From: Tricharina praecox
Lineage: Eukaryota
Direction: 5' to 3'
Assembly: GCF_024521635.1 (NCBI RefSeq)
Contig: NW_026250414.1
Location: 186,001 to 250,000 of the forward strand
DNA: 64,000 nucleotides
Part shown: piece by piece, positions 24,161 through 37,478 of the stretch
How the letters are laid out: each line of letters starts with the position of its first letter
Numbering within the stretch: position 1 is the stretch's first letter
Notes under the pieces: generated by a model
What the model saw: the letters and a program-made list of their open reading frames with translations, nothing else
Databases searched by the model: none
Told to the model about the DNA's origin: nothing
Position numbers and translations under genes: made by a program

Positions 24161-24368
24161 ATGTAGCCAGCGATGTTTGCACCCGCCCACCGAAAAGGTG
24201 TCTGGTAGGCTTGAGAGGGATGACGCCGCAGTCTGAGCGGCGTAAGTGCGGAGCGTCGAGCCGCCAGCGGCTTCGATGTTGACGCAACCGAATCGGGATC
24301 CGAGCAGCCCCCACGCAGCTTCACCCGCACTTGTGCGGCATCTCGCTTGCTGGCGGGAGCTGTTGATG

Positions 24369-24703
24369 CCCTGTAGTGAATAGTTGGCAGTGGTCAATCG
24401 ACACCTGGAGCTGAAGAATACCCACCTCTGCCAGTGCAGCACAGATTATACTGGGTGGGCTCCCGGGGCCACCGGGGCCATCTGGTGTGGAAGAAGTGGA
24501 GGCGTCGGCCTTGTCGTTGTCCTCTCGGATCCAGATCCGAGGTTCATCAGCCACGCAACACCACCAAGCTTGCTCGATTGAGTAGTTGGTGCCCTGTAGT
24601 CAATAGTTAGCAGTGACTAATCGCCATCTCGCGCCGAAGAGCATGCACCTTTGCCAGTGCAGCCCAGATTTTTCTTGACGCACTCCCGGGGCCACCGGGG
24701 CCA
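24369..24703 (-). repeat. Two diverged ~110-bp direct repeats, each with an intron-like GT..(C)YAAC..ACTACAG segment on the minus strand; possible pseudogene
   Basis: CCCTGTAGT.AATAGTT.GCAGTG...TGCCAGTGCAGC.CAGATT...CTCCCGGGGCCACCGGGGCCA at about 24369-24480 and 24591-24703. Confidence 0.75.
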
Positions 24704-26854
24704 CCAGGACCCTCGGGTGGCGGAGGTCAGGACGCGTCCCCCCCCTCCTGGAATCTGGGAGAGGAAGCCGTGGTTGGCTTCTTCTTATTTCCCTCCCGGT
24801 ATCTGGGAGGATGCCGTGGCTGTCTCCTTCTCCTTCGCCTTTTCCCTTGTCCGCTCGCCGGACACGCCGGACACGCCGGACACGCAGGCAACATTGTGCT
24901 ATCATCCCGCAGTCATGTCAGCCTCCTTCCCAAACCCGTCAACATCACCGGTTGGTTAGGAAGCCATACCCTCAAGCCGCCGCCGCCCCAATTGTGTTTC
25001 GGAGCGATAGTGAACGATATGATGCCCATGCCCATTCCCATCCCCATCCCTATCCACCGCCCCCCTCCCCTCCTCCTCCCCTCCCCCTCCCGCGAGGACA
25101 ACACCGCCGCAATAATCGGCGGCGGTGGTGTTCACACAAGCCAGCCAGCCACGCAATCCAGCCACGCAAGCCAGGCAGTTATTCGGGGGGAGGACCTCGA
25201 CCCCGCCGAACCCGACCCCGTCAGGTCCCGCATGAGCGCGCAGGTCTGACAGCCGCCCAGGCAGATGGCCCATCTTCCTAGACGGCGGCATAGACAGTCT
25301 GCCCGCCCCCTTCTAGGAAAATTCCAAGGGGAAACCAGGGAGAGACGGGGCCACGGTTGGGCTGGAAATGTCGGCTCCGGAATGGTGGCCGGAGGTGGCA
25401 GGAAGGGAAAGGAAGGAAGTGGGTGGGAAGTACTAATACCCCGGAGGGATGTCATCTGATGCTGCTAGATGTCACATGTTGTGTTGTGTTGTGGTGATAT
25501 GTTGTGTTGTATGTAAGAGAGAAAAGAAAGAGAGAGGGAAGAGGAAGAGGGATGCTGGCTCAGCGCTGGAGGTTTTGTGGACGATAGTTGGTGGACCGTG
25601 CGGCGTGGGTAGGGCTCAGGTGAGGAACCCTAACGCTTCCTGCCATTCAAAGGGCTACCTGCAGCATACTTTACTTAGGTTAGGGAACTGCGAGAATGTC
25701 AAATGGGAAATCCGGTTTCGTGTTTGCGGTTTGATACGTGGTTTCTGGCTAGTGTGGGAGCTCCGAGTGATATCAACTGGACACGACACTAGTATCAAAC
25801 TACCAATTGCAACCACGGAAACAGAACCCGTAGTACCCGTAGCACCCGTAGTACCCGTAGAACCTTCCGTACTATCACCTCCAGACCCAAGTTTAAACCC
25901 GTAGGTACTGTATACTAGCTACAGACAGCGGCAACCCCCCACCCGTATTTTGATGCTCGCCTCGAGAGTCGACTTTACTTGACTAACCCACCCGTCGTAA
26001 TCACCATCTCCCTGACCAGCGAACCGAAGGCCCGCACCGTGCTAGTGCCGTACTGGTTCCGTACATACTGCTGCCTGTAGTAAATCCGGAAGTCGAACCG
26101 GGTGAGGTGGTGGTATATGTCACCCTCGTCCCTTCTCTCTACGGGCCCTACCCCCTTCAAATCTACCCATCCGTCTCCGTCTGATGTGAAAATTTAACAG
26201 ACCACAACCTCACCACCGGACCCTACTCTATCCAAATCTCGAAGTCAAAGTCTCCAATCCAAAGTAGCCAGACAAGTTGTGAAGTTGTGAAGTTGTGAAC
26301 CCATAGATTATCCCGTATACCGTACCGTACAGATCCCGCCATTTCCCCCACCCCATTGACCCCCCCTCCCCCATTGACCCCCATCCAATCCATCCAACCA
26401 ACCCGTCCCCTCCAAGTTCCTCCCAAGCGGAAAAGAAAACGAAAAGAAGCAATCAAGAAGCAAGTATCCCCGGTCTGTCCTCTGTCCAAAAAGATATAAA
26501 ATTTTGAAAGAAGAAAAAACTAGATATATCGTATGATAACCCCCCCATCCCCTTCACCCCTTCACCGCATTCAAACCCCCCAACCCCCCAACTGCAAACC
26601 CCCATCCACGAACTCAGGTAATAAGTAATCCCACAAAGTAAACCAAAGCAAAGGAGCGCGCTTAAAAGATACCGGATATCAAATCAAATCGAATGGCCAA
26701 ACCAAAAAGATATATCAAAGCAGTATGTAAAACACCACACACCGCCCACCGACTGCACCGCCCAGGAAGAAGAAGAAGAAGAAGAAAGAAATGATCATCA
26801 AATGCACACTTGAACAACGTTAACCAAGACCAAGACAAGACAAAGCCCACCCCG

Positions 26855-26890
<36 letters not shown>

Positions 26891-27248
26891 AACCCCGTTC
26901 CGAACCCCGTTCCGAACCCCCATCCAAGTTACCAAGTTACCCAGCAAAGTTACCCAGCCAGCCAGCCAAAGGAAATGAAAAGAAAGGAAAAAAAAAACGA
27001 AAGTATCCAAGTATAAATCAAGAAATTAAGACGAAAGAAGGAAGGAGGAAAAAAAGTAGAGGGAAAAGGGAGAATCATACACTGAGCCTAGCTCCAAAAC
27101 AAAGACGTAAATATCGCATCCAAAACCCACCAGCAAAATGAACCACCCAAACACAAACCCAAAAACCCAAAAACCAGAAGTGCATCATCTAATGTACTCA
27201 GAACAGCAACACCAGTAGAAACGAATGGAAAGAAGAAAGAAAAAGACC

Positions 27249-30200
27249 TCATGACACACCCACCTTCTTATGCCTCGAAAACGAAATCTTCTGCAGCAAC
27301 GAACGACTCTCCTCCTTCTGCGGCTGGGCCACCCTCGCCTCTGGTGGCGGACCGGTATGTTTAAGAAAGTCCGCGAGACTATCCGTATCGTTCCTCCCCG
27401 CGCGAGCTCCTCTAGCCTGCACGTTCGGCCTCGACGGCCTTGCGCTCGGAAACCCGGCGGCTCCGAACGGCCCGTCGAAATCGGCGCGAGCCTGCCCGTA
27501 TGTGGGCCGAGCGAACTGGTCCGATCCGGAACTGTTGCGTCCCGCTCTTGCGTCGGCGACGGGTGGCACCATCAGTGGGACGTGCCGCGAGGCTTGTGAC
27601 GCGGCTGTGGGCGGAGGCGGGATAAACGGCATCTTATCGGCGTTCGACGCGATGGAGTTCTTCCTGCCTGAGCGGCTGAAGCGCGACATCAGGCTGACCG
27701 CACTGCCCTTCTTCTGGATCGTTTTGCCGTTTGACTGAACAAACGGCTGTGGCGCAGTCGGTGGTGGTGGTGGAGGGGTGTTGCGCAGGAAATCAACTAG
27801 ACTCTCCTCTTCCCGCTTTTTAGGGATCACCAGGTTGAGACCCTCCATATCGTCGAGTTCATCATCGTCATCGGAATCGATGGCGTATGGGTCTTTCGAG
27901 CGGAACTGCTTTCGCTTCACTTCGGGCGCCGACGACGTCACCATCGAGGAAGTCGCCATTGTGGTTGTGCTGCTACTACCATACTCCCGGGTTTTTCTTG
28001 ATCCGGAACGGAGCAGAGCTGTCGAGGAAGTGAAAGATGACGAATAGGACTCCTGGGGAGCAGAAACAGTGCTGGCGGTCGGCTTGGGTGAATGCTCCCG
28101 GTCGGCCTCCTCGATAATGTCGTCATCGTCATCCACGGACTCGAACTGTGTCGAATCCATCGTGTTACGGAACGGTGCGACCGCCCGAGGTATCCTATGC
28201 ACAGCGGGCTGCTCCCCTCCATCTGCAATCACGGGCGGCGTCGTGTTACGGAAGAAATCCGCCAGGGCAGAGGTGGTATCGCTGCCCGTGGAGCCACTAG
28301 CATCCCGGGCCAAGAGGCGGTTCTTAGAGCGCCCGGCTGTTTCCGTGTGCGACTGATGTCGTATGACAGCTGGCAACCCGGTCGTATCGGATGGTCCAGG
28401 ATTAGTTCCATTATTCTTTGACGGCAGGTGTGATGTTGGTATGCTTGACGTCGAGCCCGATGTCATCATTTTCTGAAGCTTGGAACTGTTCTGCGTCGCA
28501 TGGCCCGGGGATCCCGGTGGGGCGGCGTGCTTCAAAAAGTCGGAGAGGGAAGAGGTTGTGTGGTGGTCGCTTTGGCGGTAATCACCCCACGCGGGCGATG
28601 TCGGAGATGACCTCTGAGCCGTCACCCTTGGACTGGAGGGAATACTTTTGGAAGACTGGTTCCCGATGGGGCGACCGTCGGGCGCGGTGCTTCGGAAGAA
28701 GTCCGCCAGCTCCTGTGTCGGTGTCCCACGAGGCGATGGGTCGCGCTATTGACAGCACCGTCAGTATCTGCTGTCATCGATTGACGAAAGAAATTGATCG
28801 TTGTTCCGCATTACCTCCATGTTCCTGATCGGATCCGGCGTGATGGTACAGTGAATAGTACCTCCACTCGATATCAATTCTTCGAAACTCCGCTGTTTGT
28901 CGTCAAGACTGGCAAGGCGGTCGCTGTGGTGACTACTATGACTCTCGCCGTCCGACTCATGCATCTTGGTGTGTTTGCCTCCATCGTGCGGCCAGGGGAG
29001 GAAGGACTTGAGTATCGATGCTTGCGAAGAGGTCGAACCCGATGTGTGGATCGGTCTCTGGATCTTGCTGAAGCTGGACGAGCGGCGCGATTTGTCCGGT
29101 GTAGCTGGCGGTGTGAAGACCCTTACGCCCGTTCCGCGGTCGGACGCAATCGAATGGGTACTTGCAGAGCTCTGAACAAGATGCAATTGACCGATTTTCC
29201 GATCCGAGAATGATTGCCCACTGCTCGAGGAGGAATGATTGTGCAAGGACTTGTTGTGTCCCGTATAAATCGGCTGCATACGAGGCTTCCGCCTCGGAGA
29301 AATGTCCTCCTCCTCCTCATCCTCATCGTCCTCATCGTCCTCGGAGGTGAAGAATGTTTCGGGTCGGGTAGGAGTCCGAGGCTTGATCGCGTATGGATCA
29401 TATTCCTCCCGAATGCGTCGCACGGGCTGGGCCTGTAAGACCTCCGTAGTCGTTTCCGAAGCCAGTTCTTCTTCTTCTTCGGCTTGTACGACGACCGATG
29501 GAGGTTGCGAATCGTCGACCTCGATGGGTTCCTGTCCGCTATCCTCGGTCGGCTGCCAATGCGTAATGTTGGCCGACATCGTTGGAATTGGAGCGCAAGT
29601 CGAAATTTCATCATCCTCATCTTGTTGTAGCTCATCATCCGCAGGATAGTCTCTCTGCTCGCTGGTCCTATCCTCAAGCTCATGCTCTTCCTCCGGCCCT
29701 GGCTGTGGTAAGGGAATCATCATGTACGGTTGCTCCTCCTCCTCCTCCTCCTTGGGGGTGGGCAGCACTTCGGCGATGGGATCTGCAAAATCCCCCCGCA
29801 TAAGATTCGGAAGTGACAGCTGTCTTTTGACTGCCGAACGCAACACGAAAGGTGGCGAGTTGGTCCATGGCAGAGTCATCAAACTGGCCGGACGGCGCAG
29901 AGTAGGGTACCCGTTCATATTTGTCTTGAATGGCCCAAGTCAGTCAGTCAACGGGAAAAGAAAGAAATCATGGCGCGCTCGTAAAGCTTACATTATTCGG
30001 CACGGGGCACTTGAAAGTATCGAACGGAGTGGCAGGAGTCGCTGCCTCGACTATTGGTCCCAGGACACCGCTTTTCGACAGGACAATGGGTGAGGTATTT
30101 CCAGCCTGTGTCGATGTGCTCTCATTGATCGCAATCTCTTGGCCCGGGATCTTGGGCGAATTCTTGGGCGAATTCTTGGTGTTGGCAGCCACCCTCGCAT

Positions 30201-31236
30201 CCGGGGAATTCAAGACGACCTCTCGCGACGAAGCCGAGAAAGATCGCCGACCGCCAGCGCTGCCGCCGCGCACCTTCTTTCGCCATTGTCGCCACATACG
30301 CCCGAGCGACGGATTCAGGGCAACTTTCTCGGTATCCAGCTCCTCCACTGTCGGTTTCTCAGGAAACGTCACCTCGGAGGAGGAGGAGGAGGAGGTTGCA
30401 CCGGAAGATGTTCCCGAAGCGGCCGCGATTCGCTGAGTCGAATACCGCGCGATAGTGGCATGTCCCGCAACCAACAATGTCTGCTCCCCGATGAACTCGA
30501 GAATGGAAGTGAGCCATATCGCGACAGCGGGCGTTACGATGCACGGATTGCTGTTTTGTCGTTGATAACGGTCGGGGCCAACGGTCCCTTCGAGGCCGCC
30601 ATTATCGGTGTAGAAGGCTTCGTCGTCTTCCTCGAGATCGCCGAGCGACGAGTACACCATGCATTGCACGCGGCACTTCCTCCACGTGGATTCGAGGTTC
30701 CATTCCTCGTTGGTGGGTTCGGCGACCACGGCATCGTCCAAGGTCTCGACATCTTCATCGTCGCCACCGAGATACGATTTCAGCTCCTGATCAGCTCCGG
30801 CCAGTGCCTCCCTTGCCAGCCTGATCCTGAGGACGTCCGTGATCGCTGGCCGCAGTCCCGACAGGGAGGTCGATCTGGAGTTGGACAGGAACGAGTACAA
30901 CAGGAAGTCGAGGAATTGGTTCACAAGGGCCAACGAGCCGCTCGATACGAACATGGTGGGTGTGCCAGTGCTGCCTACGGCGCCATCGTCGCGCAAGGAG
31001 CGGAAAAAGGCCTCGTGGTCGCCGGTTACGAGCCGAGCAGCTGCGGACGAAGCTATGTATGCCGGAGCCGGAGTGACATTGAGGAGGTTCAAGGATTTCG
31101 AAGGAGTTGCGGACGCGCTCGACGACGACGGCGACTGCGACTGCGGATTTTCTAACGAGCCATTGGACGGCGGATTCGAGGTGGCTGATGTCGTCTGTTG
31201 AAGGTTCAGGTCGCTGGGGCGCAAGGTTCGGTCCAT
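27249..31236 (-). CDS. Large (~1283 aa) fungal protein with an N-terminal H2A-like histone-fold region and five C-terminal L.DF[LF][RK]xTxPP-type repeats
   Basis: Three in-frame exons 31236-29992, 29924-28815, 28745-27249 joined by GT-AG introns; VTPAVAIWLTSILEFIGEQTL resembles H2A/SOS histone fold. Confidence 0.8.
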
Positions 31237-31625
31237 GGTAACGCCGCCGCCGCTGTGCAAGACGGAATATGTAGATTATATGGTGGGTGGGATTTTCTCT
31301 TTGTTCGACACACGCGCAGGTGACGGTCACCAACCTCAGCAGTGTCCAGGAGGGGGTATTGGCTCGAAAGGGAGAGTTGCGCCTGCAGGCCTCCTGCTAT
31401 CATTACACAAGCTCGTGAGTGGTATCGCCAGGGCCGGACCGGAAGTTCTCCGGTAGACTACTGGGAGCGATGAGGCGAGGTTTGAACAAAGTGAGGTGAG
31501 GTGATGGTGGGGCGAGTCTCGCTTTCGACAGGGCCAATCGAACAAGCAACGAACGAACGAACGAAGGGAAGCGGCGGAAGGAATGAACGACGGGTAAAAG
31601 CAATCAAATCAATATGTAAAGATGG

Positions 31626-31690
31626 AAGTAGTAGAAGTAGAAGTAGTAGTAGTAGAAGTAGAAGTAGAAGTAGAAGTAGTAGTAGTAGAA

Positions 31691-31786
<96 letters not shown>

Positions 31787-31811
31787 ATAGTAGTAGTAGT
31801 AGTAGTAATAG
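31626..31811. repeat. (AGT)n / (AGTAGA)n microsatellite, ~185 bp
   Basis: Direct reading; explains the poly-L/Y/T/S/V ORFs in the track. Confidence 0.97.
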
Positions 31812-32748
31812 TTTTTTTGGCTGCGATTGTTTGCTTGCTGGCTGGCTGTGACGGCGGCGGCGGCGGATACTCCAAGGAGTGGAGTTGAAGTAAAGTGGCA
31901 GCGCCGAGTGTTTACAGGGGGTGGCTGGAATTGCTTGCAATGGTGGGAGAAGGGAAAGGAGGAACGAATGGGGGGGGGGGATAGGGTAGGGGTGGACGGG
32001 AAGGATGAGCTGGAATGCGGGAGCTCTCCCAGAAGCTGAAGGGCTGAAGAAGAAGAAGAAGAAACAGGTGGGGAAGGAAACAATGAGCAGAAGAACAGGT
32101 GTGAAGTAAGTGAGTATGGAGAATCCGACAACAGAATGGAAGGCCGACCTCTTCACTTGCGGAAGGGACCCACAGGCGCCGCACGGGAGTGGCCAGAAGG
32201 AGGAGGATGGGGATTAGGACTCGGACTCGGACAAAGGAGGATAAGGAGCTGAGGAGGACGACGACGACGACAGATCGGACGCAGGGTGGTGTGAAGTTTA
32301 CGGAGAGATGTTAGAGTACATGACCGACTAGGGAGGCAACTGGTTAGGCGGAGTGTGCTAGTTGCTGTGGAGTACCAGCCACAGCAACTAACAAACTGCC
32401 TAGCAGTGCCGAGTCTGCGTGAAGCAGCGCTAGCAGCGGAGATGGGGGGTCCATGTGGAGTAAAGTAGCGATGCTGTTGCACGCCAGGCTACGGAGGCTG
32501 TGGAGTGGGTATAGTTATCGGCGGGTGGGATTGTAGGAGTGCATCCACGAGAACGGGCAGTTCTGCTCGGGAATCTGGGTAGACTGGTGTTTGGGAGCGG
32601 CGAGTGCGTTTCAACTGTCGAAAGCGGTGCTCGACCGGGCGTCCGGTTGGTACTCTAGCCCATGGACGACTCCGAACGACCGAAATCAAATGGGACATTG
32701 GGCCATGGTACGGGATACAGTTGAAACCTGCCACATCCTCACCCCCGT

Positions 32749-32827
32749 CCCCATCCCCATCCCCATCCCCATCCCCATCCCCATCCCCATCCCCATCCCC
32801 ATCCCCATCCCCATCCCCATCCCCATC
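32749..32827. repeat. (CCCCAT)n hexanucleotide microsatellite, ~13 units
   Basis: Direct reading. Confidence 0.95.
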
Positions 32828-32934
32828 GCACCCCTAGGTAAGGTACATACTCTACATGGACCACGGTGGTTGCGTGCTCACACACGCTTCGTTGGTCGAT
32901 ATGTAGAGTAGAATATCTACCAACTGCCAGTCAT

Positions 32935-32981
32935 GCACGACTGCACGACTGCACGACTGCACGACTGCACGACTGCACGAC
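32935..32981. repeat. (GCACGACT)n octamer tandem repeat
   Basis: Direct reading, ~6 units. Confidence 0.9.
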
Positions 32982-34864
32982 GCACGCAGAGCACTTTACG
33001 ATCCCCACGTCTGACATACATCGAACATCCATCCCATCCCGTATTATAAGCGTGCGCATGGTGCCTGTATAGTGTAGTACCGTAGTCCCAGGAACGCTGC
33101 AGACATAAATGCTCAGCATGTAGATACATACATGCCGTAGAGTACCATACCGAGGACGCCAACGCCAAAATGCGAGAGCCAGAACCAGAACCAGAATTGC
33201 GCCTTTGCATGTATCCTCCTTCCCCCCCTCGCTACACAACCGTCGGTCCGTCCATCGGCCATCCCGCGTCCCCCCGCTCCCCGCGTAGGAGCCCGGCCCT
33301 CGGCCTCGCTTTCTGGCCCTGCCTCTACTATATCCCATCCAGTTCTGGTCTCACGTTTTCTTCCCCTCCCCATCCCCCTGGCGAGCGAGCGGTGGTTGGA
33401 GTTTCGTTTGTTGGTTTGGTCAGTTTCCACACATGCACCGCTGGGCCGACTCGAGACCTCTCTGGCATCTGGATGTGGACTCGCGGGGCACTGTCGACTG
33501 TCGACTTTCCTTTCTGGGCACCACCTGGGGTGATTGAGAACGTAAGGAGGGAAACAAGGGGTTTGCTTGTTCGAGAGTCGAGAGTCGAGACTGGAAGGGA
33601 TCCAGCTAGAGTGCTTACTTGGGTACCCCGCAAGCAACCAAGCAGGCAGGTAGGTAAGCAAGTAAGCAAGCAAGGACGGATCGGCTTGTTTCCGGCGGAT
33701 GGGTGGGTGGGTGACTGAGCTGGGTGACTGAGAGCTGGGTGACTGAGCTGGGCGACTGAGGTCTGGTCTGGGCATAACTACGGTAACTAGAAGAATGGCT
33801 TCCATGCGCGCTCGCTCATAGGATGTGTAGCCAGTATGAAGGTGCACCTCTGAGTTGCCGGTATATAGTATTCTAGGGACCTACTGCTTTGATACTCCGA
33901 TACTTCTATCCCCCATCCCACCCCGCAGCCGTGGAAACACGAAGTTCGAACCGTGATGGACGTGCATATTCCAGGAAGGCTTTTGTCTCATCATCACCAC
34001 CACCATGGGGGCACTGTCACAGGTAAGCAGTTCGAGCGAGGGGGCAACAGCCACACGGGATACATACCTCGCGCAGCTTGTAGATGGAGTAAGCTCTACG
34101 GTACCACTATCCACACTCTACCAGTACTCTGCAAATAAACATCATGAACCAGGGACCGAGACGAGACAGGTCGTGCACTGGCAGAGTGGGTGGGTAGTCG
34201 GAAACCGCGAGCTCGAAGTCAAATATCTATTACTCTGTCTCAGCCCATGCAGTGCTTTCCGCGTCAAGCTTTGCGCCCAGATCTCTCGCCGCTTCCTACG
34301 TACTGCGCCCTCGATCTCCGAAGCTCCGAGTCCGGTCCGGTCCTCGCTCCTCGCTTCGGCCGCACATATTTTGCGCACGCACTAGCGGGCTCGTGCTGCA
34401 CGGTCCGATCTAAGGTGATGACTATGTATGGACTGCCACCGTCACCGCCACCAATAACATCACGACCAACATCATCACCACGACCATCATCATCACCATC
34501 ACCGCTGCTGCTGCCCTCTCACGACCACGGCGTCTGGTGGTATTGAGTCTCGACGAGTTGCTTATCGCCTAGCAAGAATGACAAGTCCACTGTCCGACCC
34601 GCCATTTCAACCTCGAGTATTACTTTTTATGCTCTTGCAATTTCCATTCTCGGCCTGGAGCTCGGAGCTCAAAGAGCGGCTTTGCTCCGAGCTTTCGACT
34701 GTCTCTTTCCCTTTCCCTTCCTTCCTTCCTTGGATAGGTAACTGTTGTTCTCGGATCCGTCCGCACCAAGTTCGACGACATTGAGTTTTGAATTCCCGCA
34801 TCCCACTTCGATCTCTCTCGATAACCACCCTCCGCCCCGTGGAGAGAGCGTGCACATGCAGGTA

Positions 34865-34920
34865 CTCTACACACTCTACACACTCTACACACTCTACACA
34901 CTCTACACACTCTACACACT
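34865..34920. repeat. (CTCTACACA)n nonamer tandem repeat
   Basis: Direct reading, ~6 units. Confidence 0.9.
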
Positions 34921-37478
34921 GTATGCTACACAACATGAGAAAGAAAGAAACAAAGAAAGCACGGAAAACGCACGGGAAAAAGCACGGGAACGCAATCTAT
35001 GCCAAACGCAAAAGAAGAAAACCCCCATGCAGGATCGATGCGGGATTGATGTGGGGCCGGGTACTCGCCCTTCAGTGAACACGGCGTGCGACGTGTAGTA
35101 AAGTACGGTATCTACTGTGGTTGGCCGGTAACTATCCAAGATAGTGCCCGTGCAGAAATACTGCATCCGTCAGGACTCAGGAAGGGCTCAGGGAGTGACC
35201 GGCCGTGGGACAGCCCCGTGGGCCGTAGGGGAAGCAGAATCTAGATAGACATGAGTACTCTACACGAGCACTCTGGTCAGTGGTAGGTAGGTGAAGGTGT
35301 CACACGACGAATGGCAGCAAATCTACGCACGCACTCACTCTACCGGTACCTCGCAGGACCTCAGCGAGATCTCGGCTCAAGCCCGTGAGCGTGCTGCGTG
35401 CGTGCTTCCTCCACCCGTCGTCGGCGATGCTGATATCCGGTGAAGCCAACCACTGTGCAGTGTGTAGCCATGGTTCGGCTCGTATGTAGAGCGAGAGTAC
35501 AATACATGATGCAGTATGCAGTATGGAGAGGGGCGGTGAGAGGGGCGGTGAGAGGGGCGGTGAGAGGGGCGGTGATGTGTCCGCGCTCCAGACCTCCAGA
35601 CCTCCAGACCTCCGGTACGTGCAGGGCGGTGCGGTGAGGGCGGTGCAGAGCGGTGCGGTGCGGCGCGGTACCTAAGGCGTGGCTATTTCTGTGGAGCGTC
35701 GGTGCTGACATACGGTACGGTATGATTATGAGTGCAGAGCGGTGCAGAGAGAGTGCAGAGGTGGAAGTTCGAGGAGGAAGTTCGAGGAGGAAGAGGGAAG
35801 GCGAGAGATGGAAAGCTGTGGATCGTTTGCAGGCTGTAGCCGGCAAGGCGAATACTAGTAGATGTCTATCGATCGATCGTAATCCGAGCCCGAGCCCGAG
35901 CCCGAGCTGTTACACATCGGCCAGCCGCTGTCGTCGAATCCAAAGATTCCAACCACGTTTCGAGCGGACCTCGGTATTTGGGGAAAGACGTCTGGCGAAC
36001 AGGTACTTGAGTACATCCATGATCATATAGAGCGTCTGGCCGGAGGGGAACGGTAGGTACTCTACAATCTTCTGATAGGCCAGCAAGCCACGCCCCGCAT
36101 CCGCATCCGCATCACTCGTGAGTCTTATATATTCCAGCTATTTCCATCCATTTCCATCTACCGGTACTCTACATCTACCTAGATTCTAGATGTCGGAATA
36201 CAGGGCTGCAATCAATCATTAAACGAATCGAAAAGACGAATCCCAGCGTCGATGATGATCGTCCGCACAGGACACCGACCTCCAGGCTCCAGTTTCCGCC
36301 ATGAACACCACCACAACAGCAACAAACTGCACAAACAGTAGTACAAACAGCCGCCCTGTCCGGTGGCCAGCCAGCCACTTTCCAGGAAGTTCCCTGACTA
36401 CTAATAGGTAGTAGGTACCTCCTATGTACTCAGCCATCACCGCCACCACGATCATCCCAGGGGAACGCGAGGCTCCAGCTCAGTGCGTACATATTGATAG
36501 TATTGTATAGTACAGTACATACGGCACGGTACCGACGGAAGTGCCTATGTAGTGCAGTGTAGATATATCCAAGCAAGTAGATTGTTACGGCGGGTAGTCC
36601 ACCACCATATATACCACCATGTTAGTACCGCCGCGGCATCCCCAGCTGCATGATTTATCATCTCATACCCATACCCACATGCCTACCCCCATAAGTACAT
36701 ACATCCTTCTCTCCCAAATTCCCACGCCCATTCCCCACATCTGCAACTCCGTCAGATCCGCCCGAAGATCCACAAGATCCACAAGATCCACAAGATCCAC
36801 AAGATCCACAAGATTCATAAGATCCATAAGATCCAGCAAATCTACTCTAGAGTACGTAGGCGGGGCAGGTAGGCAGGCGGGGCAGCGCAAGCAGGCAGGC
36901 AGGCAGGCAGGTGAGTGGGTAAGTAAGCGACATATGCGCCCCGTAATCGTGCAGTGGGGTCCACCGGTACCGTGCAGATCTGCGCGGGTTGCATACACAC
37001 TGCACTTATGTTTGGATTTTGGATTTTGGATTCCGGATTCCGGATTCGTCCGGTACGGATGCGGATGTAGTATCTTCCACGGGGCTGCTTTACATGCCTA
37101 TCGGTGGAGAGCCGACAGCTACATACACCCCCCCCCCCCCCCCCCCCCCGCACGAAAGATCGATCATCGAATTCACCCCCAACTTTCAAGTAGCCGCTCG
37201 ACGAGATCCTCCGCGCCAAAGAGGCAGAACCGAGAACACCCAATACTCTATGTAGAGTACCGGCCACGGAATACACACAGCACCTGCGACGAGTCTCGAT
37301 GTTCGTAACTCGTGGCCCGTGACTCGTGGCTCTTACCAACACCCCTGCGCGGATCTCCCGGATCTCCCGTATTTACAAATTGCAAGTTGGGCAATGGGCA
37401 TCCCAAATTCCCAATGCTGTACCAAAGTAAATGAGTACTCTACATATACTCTGTGTGTTTACGCAGCATCGCCCCAAC

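Noticed and set aside
25626..25685. AACCCTAAC and GTTAGGG, possible telomerase RNA template or interstitial telomere
   Set aside because: Single short matches expected by chance; no pseudoknot or CR4/5 features identified
31458..32156. Poly-Leu/Tyr/Thr/Ser/Val ORFs
   Set aside because: Translations of the (AGT)n microsatellite
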